Source: Micrococcus luteus NCTC 2665 (GTDB lineage: Bacteria; Actinomycetota; Actinomycetes; Actinomycetales; Micrococcaceae). From it: a stretch of DNA of 32,000 nt. A program made the position numbers and the translations under genes. The notes beneath the pieces were generated by a model. That model was not told the origin of the DNA and ran no database searches. It worked only from the letters and a program-made list of their open reading frames with translations. The stretch is taken from contig NC_012803.1 in assembly GCF_000023205.1 (NCBI RefSeq), positions 2,400,001-2,432,000 on the forward strand, given 5' to 3'. Below are positions 1-7,831 of the stretch, one piece after another; positions within the stretch are counted from its first letter, which is position 1, and each line of letters starts with the position of its first letter.

Positions 1-855
1 CCAGCCGGTCTGCAACGTGCTGCCGTCGGCCGCCTGGAACTGGCCCTCGCCGTTGTCCCGGTACTCCGCGCCGCTCTCGAGGTCGGTGAAGGTGTCCCGC
101 GCCTCGTCGTACTCCAGGCGCGGCGAGTACACGTAGCCGCGCGAGCCGTCACGCGTCTCCAGGGTGCCGTCCGCGGGGTCGTCGCTCAGGGGGACCTTCA
201 GCTGGGTGACCTGGTCCTGCCGCTGCAGCAGGTCCCCGAACCGCAGGGTGGTGTAGCCCTCCACCCCCACCGGCTCCCCGTCCTGCATGAGGGCCTCGAC
301 CGGCTCCAGCTCCTGGTCCGCGCCGCCCAGGACGGGCTGGCCGTCCCGCTCGGTGAGGAGGTACAGCTCGCCGCCCTCCTCCAGCACGGTGATGTCGTAC
401 ACCGGGGACTCCGGCACGCGGATGGAGGAGGATCGCTGGATGATCTCGATCGCCGCGGCCTTGTCCGAGTTGTGCCCGGCGCCGTAGTTCGTGAAGGCGA
501 TGTAGGAGGAGTAGACCACCACGAACACCTGGAACAGCACCAGGAAGAACAGTCCCGGGGCGAGGTACTTGGCCGGCAGGCCGCCGCGGCGCAGGTAGAT
601 CCAGTTGATGCCGAGCGTGACCGCCAGGGTCACCGCGAACACCACCCAGTCCCCCGCGGCCGCGAGCTGGAACAGCAGGAACGCCGCGAAGGCGTCCACG
701 AGCCCCAGCAGGACGATCTTGGTCAGCGTGCCGCCCAGGCCCTCGGGGCCGCGGGAGTCCGCACGACGACGCCGGCCCCGGCCGGTGCGGCGCGCGCCGT
801 CGTCGAGGTCGACGGCGGTGCCGGACCGGTGCGACGTGGTGGAAGACGAGCTCAT
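1..855 (-). CDS. malF: Maltose/maltodextrin-type ABC transporter permease (MalF-like), N-terminal 285 codons; the 3' end runs off the left edge of the window
   Basis: The reading frame is not in the supplied track because it has no stop inside the window. My own translation from the ATG at 855-853 gives MSSSSTTSHRSGTAVDLDD...LTKIVLLGLVDAFAAFLLFQLAAAGDWVVFAVTLAVTLGINWIYLRRGGLPAKYLAPGLFFLVLFQVFVVVYSSYIAFTNYG, followed by a long soluble loop. Two to three N-terminal TM helices plus a large extracytoplasmic loop is the MalF arrangement. It lies directly downstream of malE on the same strand. GC3 is very high. The track ORF 149..865 is an off-frame artefact. Confidence 0.8.
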   Translation of the reverse strand, partial: MSSSSTTSHRSGTAVDLDDGARRTGRGRRRRADSRGPEGLGGTLTKIVLLGLVDAFAAFLLFQLAAAGDWVVFAVTLAVTLGINWIYLRRGGLPAKYLAPGLFFLVLFQVFVVVYSSYIAFTNYGAGHNSDKAAAIEIIQRSSSIRVPESPVYDITVLEEGGELYLLTERDGQPVLGGADQELEPVEALMQDGEPVGVEGYTTLRFGDLLQRQDQVTQLKVPLSDDPADGTLETRDGSRGYVYSPRLEYDEARDTFTDLESGAEYRDNGEGQFQAADGSTLQTGW

Positions 856-919
856 AGTTCCTCATCCGGCCCGAGGGCCTGCCGTGGGAGGGGGGTGCGC
901 GCCGCCCCGGCGCGGGGTC

Positions 920-959
920 GCGGTCCCGTCCGGCGCCCGTGGGCGCCGGACGGGACCGC
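920..959 (-). terminator. Perfect 18-bp stem / 4-nt loop hairpin in the malE-malF intercistronic spacer (likely partial terminator or 3' mRNA stabiliser)
   Basis: GCGGTCCCGTCCGGCGCC (920-937), loop CGTG, GGCGCCGGACGGGACCGC (942-959) are exact reverse complements. The hairpin sits between the malE stop (982) and the malF start (855). Confidence 0.6.
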
Positions 960-981
960 AGCGGGTCACCGGGTCACCGGA

Positions 982-2301
982 TCACTGGCCGATGCGGCCC
1001 TCGATGTCGGAGATCATCTTCTGCCAGGTCTGGACCGGATCGCCCTCACCCTTGATGATGCTCATCTCGGCGCCGCCCCAGAACTCGAAGACCGCTCCCA
1101 TCTCGGGGGCCGCCGGCATGGGGACGCCGTCCTCACCGATCTCGCCGAACGCCTTGACGGTCTCGTCCGAGGCCGCCTTGTCGAAGGAGGCGGTCAGCGC
1201 CGGGGGACGCTTGCCCTCGGCGTAGAGCGCGTCCTGGGCCGCCTCGGTGGAGAGGTAGTTGACCACGAACTCGTTGGCGGCCAGCTGGTTCTCCGACTCC
1301 GAGGAGACGAAGAAGGCGTTGACGCCCACGAAGGGCTGCGCGGGCTGGTCGCCCATGGACGGGATGGCCTCGACCTCGAAGTCGACGCCGGCCGCCTCGG
1401 CCTCCTCGACGTTCCACGGGCCGGTGATGAAGTAGGCCGCGTTGCCTGCGTTGAACTGCTCCTTGGCGATGTCCGCGGTCATGTTCGGGTTCAGCACCCC
1501 GGACTCGCCATACTCCGCCAGCTTCTTGGCGAAGGCCTCGCCCTCGGCGCCGCCCATGGCCAGCGAGCCGGCGTCGTACGAGCCGTCCTCGGCCTGTTCG
1601 AACACGGGGGCGCCCATGGAGGTCTGGAACGGGTACAGGTGGTACGGGTCGCCGTTGACGGCGTCCAGGCCCACCACGAACGGGTACTCGGCCTCGCCGG
1701 CGTCGACGGCCTTCTGGCCCTCGGCGATCATCTCGTCGAAGGAGGCCGGGGTGGACTCGGCCAGCTCGGTGTTGCGCAGGATGGCGATGTTCTCCACGGA
1801 GTACGGCACGCCCCAGGTCTGGCCCTCGTAGGTGACGGCCTGCACGGAGGACTCCACGAAGTCGTCCGCCGCGTCGCCGAGCTCGAGGGGCTCGATGGTG
1901 CCGTTCTGCACGAGCGAGCCGATCCAGTCGTGGGCGCCCACGATCACGTCCGGGCCCTCGCCCGTGGGGGTCTGGGTGATGAAGTCGTCCTTCATCGTGG
2001 AGTTGTCCTTGACCACGAGCTCCACCGTGATCCCGGTGTCCTCCTTGAAGTCCTCCGCCACGGCCTGCAGCGGCTCCTGGCGGTTCTGGTCCACCCACAT
2101 GGTGATCGTGGTGGCGCCGGCCTCGGACAGGTCCTGGCTGGGGGACGCGGCGGCCGTGCCCTGGTCGGTCGCGCCGGCCGGGGAGGAGGACGCCGGGGCG
2201 GGGGAGCCGCCGCCGCACGCGGTGAGCGCGAGGGCGGAGAACGCCGCCGTGAGGGTCAGGCTGAGCGGACGGCGGAGACCGCCGGTCGTCGTCGACTGCA
2301 T
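982..2301 (-). CDS. malE: Maltose/maltodextrin ABC transporter substrate-binding lipoprotein (MalE family)
   Basis: Track ORF 982..2436, trimmed to the internal ATG at 2301 (MQSTTTGGLRRPLSLTLTAAFSALALTACGGG: signal peptide plus LTAC lipobox). It is preceded by GAAAGG. Blocks recognisably similar to E. coli MalE include GPDVIVGAHDWIG, YEGQTWGVPYSVENIAILRN, ITGPWNV, PFVGV and MPAAPEMGAVFEFW. Confidence 0.9.
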   Translation of the reverse strand: MQSTTTGGLRRPLSLTLTAAFSALALTACGGGSPAPASSSPAGATDQGTAAASPSQDLSEAGATTITMWVDQNRQEPLQAVAEDFKEDTGITVELVVKDNSTMKDDFITQTPTGEGPDVIVGAHDWIGSLVQNGTIEPLELGDAADDFVESSVQAVTYEGQTWGVPYSVENIAILRNTELAESTPASFDEMIAEGQKAVDAGEAEYPFVVGLDAVNGDPYHLYPFQTSMGAPVFEQAEDGSYDAGSLAMGGAEGEAFAKKLAEYGESGVLNPNMTADIAKEQFNAGNAAYFITGPWNVEEAEAAGVDFEVEAIPSMGDQPAQPFVGVNAFFVSSESENQLAANEFVVNYLSTEAAQDALYAEGKRPPALTASFDKAASDETVKAFGEIGEDGVPMPAAPEMGAVFEFWGGAEMSIIKGEGDPVQTWQKMISDIEGRIGQ

Positions 2302-2421
2302 GGTGTGCCTTTCACGAGGGGTGGCGGCCCGCGGCGAGCGCCGGCCGGTGCGCCGCCGGCGGCGGGCCCCGTGCTGAGACGGCGCCCGCCTCCGGTGGCT
2401 GAGGGGGTCAGTCCCCAGAAG

Positions 2422-2435
2422 TGTAAACGTTTCCA
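2422..2435. promoter_or_regulatory. LacI/GalR-type operator candidate 1 (TGTAAACGTTTCCA), malE-proximal
   Basis: Near-palindrome around a central CG. The extended form GTGTAAACGTTTCCAC is 14/16 symmetric. It matches the generic LacI-family operator shape TGnAAnCGnTTnCA and lies about 120 bp upstream of the malE start in the malE/lacI divergent region. Confidence 0.6.
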
Positions 2436-2520
2436 CTGTGAGGGGCTACACAGTGGATCAATCCCGCATGGTGCCGGGGATGGAGAGGCCGCGCAGTGCC
2501 CCGGATCACCCGCGCACGGC

Positions 2521-2538
2521 GGTGGAAGCGCTTCCACC
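2521..2538. promoter_or_regulatory. LacI/GalR-type operator candidate 2 (perfect 18-bp palindrome GGTGGAAGCGCTTCCACC), regulator-proximal
   Basis: Exact inverted repeat GGTGGAAGC|GCTTCCACC. It has the same half-site core (GTGGAA.CG) as candidate 1 and lies about 110 bp upstream of the LacI-family gene start. Confidence 0.65.
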
Positions 2539-2646
2539 GCCCGGGCGCCGGTGCCGTACGCTGGTGCCACGCATCGACCCCCGGCCCGCCGACGTCGTGC
2601 GCCCAGCCCACCGCAGAGCCCCACGACCGCAGGAGGAGGACCGCCG

Positions 2647-3666
2647 ATGGCCGGCATCAAGGACGTCGCCCGCATGGCCGGCGTGTCCACCGCCACCGCG
2701 TCCCGCGCGCTCACCGGCTCCGGCCCGGTGGCCGCCGCGACGCGCGCCCGCGTCCAGGAGGCCGTCGCCACGCTCGGCTACGTGGCGGACTCCGCCGCCT
2801 CGTCGCTCGCCTCGGGCCGCACCCGCAACATCGGGCTCGTGACCCCCTCGGTCCACCGCTGGTTCTTCGCCGCCGTCCTCGAGGGCGCCGCGGACGAGCT
2901 GGTCCGGCACGGATACGACCTGACGCTCTACGACGTCGGCCAGGACCCCGACCGCCGGGCCGGCGTCATCGCCGACCTGCTGCCCCGGCGGCGGCTGGAC
3001 GCCCTGATCACCCTCTCCTTCCGGCTGAGCGTGTTCGAGCTCGCCGGGCTCGAACGCCTCGGCCGGCCCGTCATCGCCGTCGGCGGCCGCCTGCCGGCGG
3101 GTGAGACGCTGCCGGACTGGTTCACCGCGATCCAGGTGGACCACGCCCGCGCCGCGCGGATGGCCACCGAGCACCTGCTGGAGCTCGGCCACCGGGACAT
3201 CGCCTACGTGGGCCGCGTGGACGAGGACATCGAGTTCCAGGTCAGCACCGAGCGCACCCGCGGATTCCTGCACGCCCTCGCCGCCACCGGGGTGCGGACG
3301 CCGGCGGACTGGATGGTGCCCGCGGACTTCACCGTCGGCGGCACCTACCATCGGGCCCGCGCCCTCCTCGCCGACCCGCAGCACCGGCCGACGGCGGTCA
3401 TGTGCATCTCGGACGAGATGGCCATGGGCGCCTGGATGGCGGCCCACTCCCTGGGGCTGCGCGTGCCCGAGGACGTCTCCGTGATGGGCCTCGACGGCCA
3501 CCCCGAGGCCGCCCGCCTGGGCATCAGCACCGTGGACCAGACCCCGCTCGACCAGGGCCGGCGCGCGGTCCGGCTGGCGCTCGGCGCCCTCGACGGCACC
3601 ACCCACCCCCACCGGATCACCCACCACCTGGCGCTGCGCCCCCGGGCGAGCACCGCCCCGCCGTAG
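2647..3666 (+). CDS. LacI family transcriptional regulator (probable repressor of the adjacent mal-type transporter)
   Basis: This is the terminal part of the artefactually long track ORF 472..3666. The in-frame ATG at 2647 is preceded by GCAGGAGGAGGA. The N-terminal HTH is MAGIKDVARMAGVSTATASRALTG, followed by a periplasmic-binding-protein-like sugar-binding core (IAYVG, CISDEMAMGA, VPEDVSVMGLDG). Confidence 0.9.
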   Translation: MAGIKDVARMAGVSTATASRALTGSGPVAAATRARVQEAVATLGYVADSAASSLASGRTRNIGLVTPSVHRWFFAAVLEGAADELVRHGYDLTLYDVGQDPDRRAGVIADLLPRRRLDALITLSFRLSVFELAGLERLGRPVIAVGGRLPAGETLPDWFTAIQVDHARAARMATEHLLELGHRDIAYVGRVDEDIEFQVSTERTRGFLHALAATGVRTPADWMVPADFTVGGTYHRARALLADPQHRPTAVMCISDEMAMGAWMAAHSLGLRVPEDVSVMGLDGHPEAARLGISTVDQTPLDQGRRAVRLALGALDGTTHPHRITHHLALRPRASTAPP

Positions 3667-3749
3667 ACCGGCACACCCGACCCCCCGCCCACCGCACTCC
3701 TTCACCCCGGATCGTCGGGCACGTACCTGCCCGTGAAAGGAACCCCACC

Positions 3750-4829
3750 ATGGCCTCCGTGTCCTTCCGCTCCGCCAGCCGCCAGTTCCCCGGCGCGCCC
3801 CGCCCCGCCGTCGACTCCCTCGACCTGGAGATCGCCGACGGCGAGTTCCTCGTGCTCGTGGGCCCCTCCGGCTGCGGCAAGTCCACCTCCCTGCGCATGC
3901 TCGCCGGCCTCGAGGAGCTCTCCCGCGGCAGCATCCTCATCGGCGACCGCGACGTCACCGACGTCGACCCCAAGGACCGGGACATCGCGATGGTGTTCCA
4001 GAACTACGCCCTGTACCCGCACATGACCGTGGCGGACAACATGGGCTTCGCGCTGAAGATCGCGGGCGTCTCTGCGGACGAGCGGCGTCGTCGCGTCGAG
4101 GACGCCGCGAAGCTGCTGGACCTCACCGAGTACCTGGACCGCAAGCCGAAGGCCCTCTCCGGCGGCCAGCGTCAGCGCGTGGCCATGGGCCGCGCGATCG
4201 TGCGCGACCCGCAGGTGTTCCTCATGGACGAGCCCCTGTCCAACCTGGACGCGAAGCTGCGCGTGCAGACCCGCGCCCAGATCGCGAACCTGACCCGCCG
4301 CCTGGGCACCACCACCGTGTACGTGACCCACGACCAGACCGAGGCCATGACCATGGGCGACCGCGTGGCGGTCCTCAAGGACGGCCGCCTGCAGCAGGTG
4401 GACACCCCCCGCAACCTCTACGAGCGCCCGGTGAACGTGTTCGTGGCCGGGTTCATCGGCTCCCCCGCCATGAACATCTTCCGCATGCCCGCCACGGCCG
4501 AGGGCGTGCGTTGGGGCGAGACGGTCATCCCCGTGCCGCGGGAGGACCTGGCCGACGCCGGCACCGCGGTGGACCTCGGCGTGCGACCGGAGAACCTGGT
4601 GATCAGCGACGACGCCGCCGGCCTGCCCGTCGAGGTGGACACCGTGGAGGAGCTCGGCGCCGACGCCTACGTGTACGGGCACGCGACGATCGGCGGCGAG
4701 GAGCGGCTGATCACCCTGCGGACGGTGGGCTACACGGCGCCGGAGAAGGGCTCCGTGGTGCACGTGGTCCCGGACCCGGAGCGCGTGCACCTGTTCCACG
4801 CCGAGACGGGCGAGCGCCTCAACCGCTGA
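3750..4829 (+). CDS. msiK: Sugar ABC transporter ATP-binding protein, MsiK/UgpC/MalK type
   Basis: In-frame ATG at 3750 within track ORF 3402..4829, preceded by GAAAGGA. Walker A GPSGCGKST, signature LSGGQRQR, Walker B FLMDEPLSNLD, H-loop YVTHD, and a C-terminal MalK-like regulatory/TOBE region. Confidence 0.92.
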   Translation: MASVSFRSASRQFPGAPRPAVDSLDLEIADGEFLVLVGPSGCGKSTSLRMLAGLEELSRGSILIGDRDVTDVDPKDRDIAMVFQNYALYPHMTVADNMGFALKIAGVSADERRRRVEDAAKLLDLTEYLDRKPKALSGGQRQRVAMGRAIVRDPQVFLMDEPLSNLDAKLRVQTRAQIANLTRRLGTTTVYVTHDQTEAMTMGDRVAVLKDGRLQQVDTPRNLYERPVNVFVAGFIGSPAMNIFRMPATAEGVRWGETVIPVPREDLADAGTAVDLGVRPENLVISDDAAGLPVEVDTVEELGADAYVYGHATIGGEERLITLRTVGYTAPEKGSVVHVVPDPERVHLFHAETGERLNR

Positions 4830-4850
4830 GCCGCGGGGCGGAGGAGCCGC

Positions 4851-5339
4851 TCAGGCCTGGGGCTGCGTCCGGGCCAGCTCGGCGAGGCGGTCGATCGACG
4901 CGCGCAGCTGCTCGGGGCCGGTGCGCAGGGCGCGGCGGATGCGGCCCGGGTCGGTCAGCTCGGTCCAGTCGTAGGTGTGGGTGACGCGGCAGCGGGGCTC
5001 GTCCCCGATCCCCTCGACCTCCCAGCGCCAGAGTTGGCCGAAGGGCTCCCCGCCGACCTCGGAGGGCTTCCACGCGATGCGGCGGCCCTCCTCGAACTCG
5101 ACCACGTGGTTCGCCCGGTCCACGCCCTTGCGCAGGGTCATCACGAACACGTCCCCCGCGGCGGTCACCCGCTGGCCGGGCTCGGCCTGGGCGAGGTTGT
5201 CGTTGCCGTCCCACTCGGGCTGGCGGGCCGGGTCCGCGATCAGCTCGAAGACGACGCCGGCGGGCGCGTCGACCTCCCGGCTCGCGGTGGTCACGCGGTC
5301 CTGAGGTGCCGGCAGGGCGGTCTCGTCGATGTGTTCCAT
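4851..5339 (-). CDS. SRPBCC family protein (polyketide cyclase/dehydrase-like ligand-binding fold)
   Basis: C-terminal 162 codons of track ORF 4851..7016, from the ATG at 5339 (MEHIDETALPAPQDRVTTASREVDAPAGVVFELIADPARQPEWDG...). Length and pattern are typical of SRPBCC/START-like proteins. High GC3. Confidence 0.75.
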   Translation of the reverse strand: MEHIDETALPAPQDRVTTASREVDAPAGVVFELIADPARQPEWDGNDNLAQAEPGQRVTAAGDVFVMTLRKGVDRANHVVEFEEGRRIAWKPSEVGGEPFGQLWRWEVEGIGDEPRCRVTHTYDWTELTDPGRIRRALRTGPEQLRASIDRLAELARTQPQA

Positions 5340-5479
5340 GCGGTCAGGGTAGGCCGCGCGGCGCGCACCGCCGGAGAGCCGGCCTGCGGACGGGCGGGCC
5401 CGGACCGGGCCGCCGCCGTCGCCGACTGCCTCCAGCGCCGCCCAGCCCAGCCCTGCCCAGCCCAGCCCCGCGCTTCGGA

Positions 5480-5524
5480 GGCACGACACGCCGCATGCCC
5501 GTGGGCGATGCGGGGTGTCGTGCC
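5480..5524 (-). terminator. Stem-loop downstream of the Ltp-repeat lipoprotein gene (putative intrinsic terminator, no obvious U-tract)
   Basis: GGCACGACACGCCGCAT (5480-5496) pairs with ATGCGGGGTGTCGTGCC (5508-5524) at 16/17 positions, with an 11-nt loop. It lies about 20 nt beyond the stop codon at 5543-5545 on the minus strand. Confidence 0.5.
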
Positions 5525-5542
5525 CCCGGAGCCGGCCGAGGG

Positions 5543-6457
5543 TCAGAGGCCGACGGCGTCCACCCCGTACTCGGCCTGGGAGGCCGTGTACCCCTCGAAC
5601 ATGAGCTGGTCGATCAGGCCCGACCGGGAGAACCCGGTGAAGTCCAGGTACGACTCCGCCGCCTTGGCCGCCTGCTCGTTGTAGTCGATCGACAGCCCGT
5701 CCACGGCCGCCGTGGCGTGGGCGGTCGAATAGCCCTCGAACTCCAGCTGGTCGATCAGCCCGGGGCGCGAGAAGGCCGTGAAGTCCAGATAGGACTCTGC
5801 CGATTTGACCGCCTGCGCCGCGTAGTCCACGTCCAGGCTGTCCACGGCCGCGGTGGCGTCCGCAGTGGAGAAGCCCTCGAACTCCAGCTGATCGATCAGC
5901 CCGGAGCGCGAGAAGGCCGTGAAGTCCAGGTACGACTGCGCACTGCGCACCGCCTGCCGACCCGCGGCGGTCAGGTCCGCGCCGACCGTCGTGGCGGAGT
6001 CCTCCTCCTCGGCGGCTGCGGACTCGGCTTCCGCGGCGGCAGCCGCCTCGGCCGCAGCCTCCCGTTCCGCCTCCGCGGCGGCCGACTCCTCCGCCTCGCG
6101 GGCACGGGCGGCTTCCGCCTCGGCCTCCGCCTCGCGGGACGCCTCCGCCTCGGCCTCGGCCGCCCGGGAGGACTCCGCGGCCTCGCTCGCGCTGGCCGCG
6201 GCCGCGGAGGACGAGGCTGCCGCGGCGGCGTCGGAGGCCTTCGCCGAGGACGAGGCTGCGGCCGATGACGTGCGCGGGGACGACGACGCGGCCTGAGTGG
6301 TCGGAGCCGAGGACGTCGCGGCCGCGGTCGTGGCGGCCGCGGTGGTCGCGGCCGCGCCGGGGGCCGGGTCCCCGTCGGCGCAGCCGGTGAGCAGGGCCAG
6401 CGAGGTGAGGCCGGCCGTGAGGAGCAGGGCGGGTCGGGTGTGGCGAGGACGGAGCAT
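5543..6457 (-). CDS. Secreted lipoprotein with three tandem Ltp-type repeats (host cell surface-exposed lipoprotein family, PF07553-like) behind a long Ala/Glu/Ser-rich linker
   Basis: Track ORF 5543..6457. Strong RBS AAGGAGA upstream of the ATG at 6457. Signal peptide plus lipobox LLTGC. Three repeats carry the motif A.(K/R)SA.SYLDFT.FSR.GLIDQL.FEG(F/Y)(S/T)...A..AVD.L..DY. Confidence 0.85.
   Translation of the reverse strand: MLRPRHTRPALLLTAGLTSLALLTGCADGDPAPGAAATTAAATTAAATSSAPTTQAASSSPRTSSAAASSSAKASDAAAAASSSAAAASASEAAESSRAAEAEAEASREAEAEAEAARAREAEESAAAEAEREAAAEAAAAAEAESAAAEEEDSATTVGADLTAAGRQAVRSAQSYLDFTAFSRSGLIDQLEFEGFSTADATAAVDSLDVDYAAQAVKSAESYLDFTAFSRPGLIDQLEFEGYSTAHATAAVDGLSIDYNEQAAKAAESYLDFTGFSRSGLIDQLMFEGYTASQAEYGVDAVGL
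5546..5965 (-). repeat. Intragenic tandem repeat, 3 x about 141 bp (47 codons), encoding the three Ltp-type modules
   Basis: Protein-level repeats: AGRQAVRSAQSYLDFTAFSRSGLIDQLEFEGFSTADATAAVDSLDVDY / AAQAVKSAESYLDFTAFSRPGLIDQLEFEGYSTAHATAAVDGLSIDY / NEQAAKAAESYLDFTGFSRSGLIDQLMFEGYTASQAEYGVDAVGL. Long identical DNA stretches recur, for example CTCGAACTCCAGCTG(G/A)TCGATCAGCCC. Confidence 0.85.
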
Positions 6458-6642
6458 GGCGCTCTCCTTTTATGGGGCTGGAGGCGGAGGCCTCCGGCGA
6501 TGGGAAGCAAGCGCTCGGCGAGCGCTCACCTGCCTCACAGTAAGAACGCGGCGGACACGATAAGCCCTCCGACCCCCGGCGACGCCTTCCCGGCCGGCCT
6601 CCCCGCCCGTGCCGTGTCCGGGGCCCGGGGTACGCTCCGGCC

Positions 6643-7050
6643 ATGGCACTGAAGTGGTACACCCTCGTCGTCGACTGCCGGGATCCCCAGGCCCAGGCCC
6701 ATTGGTGGGCGCGGGCCCTGGACTGGGAGGTCGTGCACGACACCCCGGAGGAGGCCGTGGCCGTCCCGAAGGGGGTGGGCGAGGAGCCCGTCGCGGACCC
6801 GGACGAGTGGCGCGCACGCGGGCAGGGCCTCGTGTTCGTGCCCGTGCCGGAGGGCAAGACGGTGAAGAACCGCCTCCACATCGACCTGGCCCCGCACACC
6901 TCCCAGGACCGCGACGCCGAGATCGCCCGGCTCGAGGACCTCGGCGCCACGCGCGTGGACGTCGGCCAGGACGAGGGCGACGTCACCTGGACGGTCCTCG
7001 CCGACCCCGAGGGCAACGAGTTCTGCGTCCTCTCCAGCCGTGACCGCTGA
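6643..7050 (+). CDS. VOC family protein (glyoxalase-like domain, Glyoxalase_6 type)
   Basis: Track ORF 6643..7050. YTLVVDCRDPQAQAHWWARALDWEV...KNRLHIDLAP...VLADPEGNEFCVL is the characteristic pattern, and it is paralogous to 16739..17098 in this window. Confidence 0.8.
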   Translation: MALKWYTLVVDCRDPQAQAHWWARALDWEVVHDTPEEAVAVPKGVGEEPVADPDEWRARGQGLVFVPVPEGKTVKNRLHIDLAPHTSQDRDAEIARLEDLGATRVDVGQDEGDVTWTVLADPEGNEFCVLSSRDR

Positions 7051-7519
7051 TCGCGCCGCCGCCCCGGCCGCCACCCCCGACGCCGCCCCGGCCGCCGTCG
7101 TCGTCCGCACGGCGACCGCCGCGGACACCGACGGGATCGTGGCCGTCTGGGACGCCGTGTTCCCGGAGTACAACGACCCCGCGGCCCCGCAGCGCCACCC
7201 GCGCGGGAGCATCGAGCGCAAGCTGGCCTGGGACGACATGCTGTGGGTCGCCGAGCGCGACGGGCGGATCGTGGGCACCGTGCTCGGCGGCTACGACGGG
7301 CACCGCGGCTGGCTCTACTCCCTCGCGGTGCTGCCGGAGCTGCGCGGGCTGGGGGTGGCCCGCCGGCTCGTGCGCGCGGCGGAGGAGCGCCTGGCGGCGG
7401 AGGGCTGCCCGCGCGTGAACGTGCAGGTCTACTCGCACAACGCCGAGGGCGTCGCGTTCTGGGAGACCCTGGGCTACGCGAACGGGCCGATCTTCAACCT
7501 CGCCCGCTCCCTGCTCTGA
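7040..7519 (+). CDS. GNAT family N-acetyltransferase
   Basis: Track ORF 7040..7519, GTG start overlapping the upstream stop by 11 nt. Acetyl-CoA motif LRGLGVARRLVRAAEERLAAEG. The exact start is uncertain because the N-terminus is low-complexity Ala/Pro. Confidence 0.8.
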   Translation: MTADRAAAPAATPDAAPAAVVVRTATAADTDGIVAVWDAVFPEYNDPAAPQRHPRGSIERKLAWDDMLWVAERDGRIVGTVLGGYDGHRGWLYSLAVLPELRGLGVARRLVRAAEERLAAEGCPRVNVQVYSHNAEGVAFWETLGYANGPIFNLARSLL

Positions 7520-7535
7520 CCGGGCCGGCCCCGCC

Positions 7536-7796
7536 TCAGATCAGGCCGAGCGCGGTCAGCTTCGCCGCGGTCTCCTCATTGGTGGGCTCGACCTGGTGCT
7601 CGCCGTCGGGGAAGACCACCACGGGGATGTTCGTGCGCCCCGAGATCCGCTCGGCGGCGTCCGCCTGCGCGGGGTCGGCCACGAGGTCCACGTAGTCGTA
7701 GGCGACGCCGAGCTCGTCGAGCTGGCGCTTGGTGCGCAGGCAGTCGCGGCACCAGTCGGCGCCGTAGACGGTGAGGGCGGGGGCGTTCTGGCTCAT
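7536..7796 (-). CDS. Glutaredoxin-like protein (mycoredoxin/NrdH-like, CxxC = CRDC)
   Basis: Track ORF 7536..7796, 86 aa. LTVYGADWCRDCLRTKRQLDELGVAYDYVDL...IPVVVFPDG has the same architecture and length as mycobacterial mycoredoxin-1-type proteins. Confidence 0.8.
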   Translation of the reverse strand: MSQNAPALTVYGADWCRDCLRTKRQLDELGVAYDYVDLVADPAQADAAERISGRTNIPVVVFPDGEHQVEPTNEETAAKLTALGLI

Positions 7797-7831
7797 GGGG
7801 CCAGCGTAGTGAGGGGTGGGATGCTGGTCCC

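Noticed and set aside
149-865. Track ORF 149..865 (minus) as the gene occupying the left edge
   Set aside because: The translation is an Arg/Pro/Gly-rich artefact. The adjacent frame starting at 855 gives a MalF-like membrane protein with clear TM helices. That frame was not listed only because it has no stop inside the window.
472-3666. Very long track ORFs (472..3666, 4851..7016, 10342..12279, 10379..13075, 14780..16414, 14791..16686, 19584..21353, 19703..22852, 21543..24593, 22536..24665 upstream parts, and others) that would suggest giant or overlapping genes
   Set aside because: Their translations are Arg/Gly/Pro/Ala-rich low-complexity strings, typical of off-frame or antisense reading of high-GC coding DNA, which is poor in stop codons. 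In every case another frame or strand gives a recognisable protein family with G/C-dominated third positions. Only the family-like terminal portions were kept.
3712-3749. msiK RNA motif in the 5' UTR of the MsiK-like ATPase gene
   Set aside because: Only a short 6-bp hairpin (CGGGCA-CGTACC-TGCCCG, 3716-3733) lies next to the RBS. I cannot match it to the published motif from memory, and a covariance-model scan (Rfam msiK) would be needed. It is not reported as a feature.
5440-5470. Short GCCCA/CCCAG pentamer run (CGCCCAGCCCAGCCCTGCCCAGCCCAGCCCC) as a microsatellite
   Set aside because: There are only about five imperfect units in an intergenic spacer. It is too short and degenerate to call a functional repeat, and it is noted only as low-complexity sequence.
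5543-6457. Ltp-type lipoprotein as evidence of a prophage or defence island
   Set aside because: No integrase, repressor, structural or lysis genes and no att-like repeats flank it. The neighbours are ordinary SRPBCC and VOC genes. It is kept only as a stand-alone candidate.
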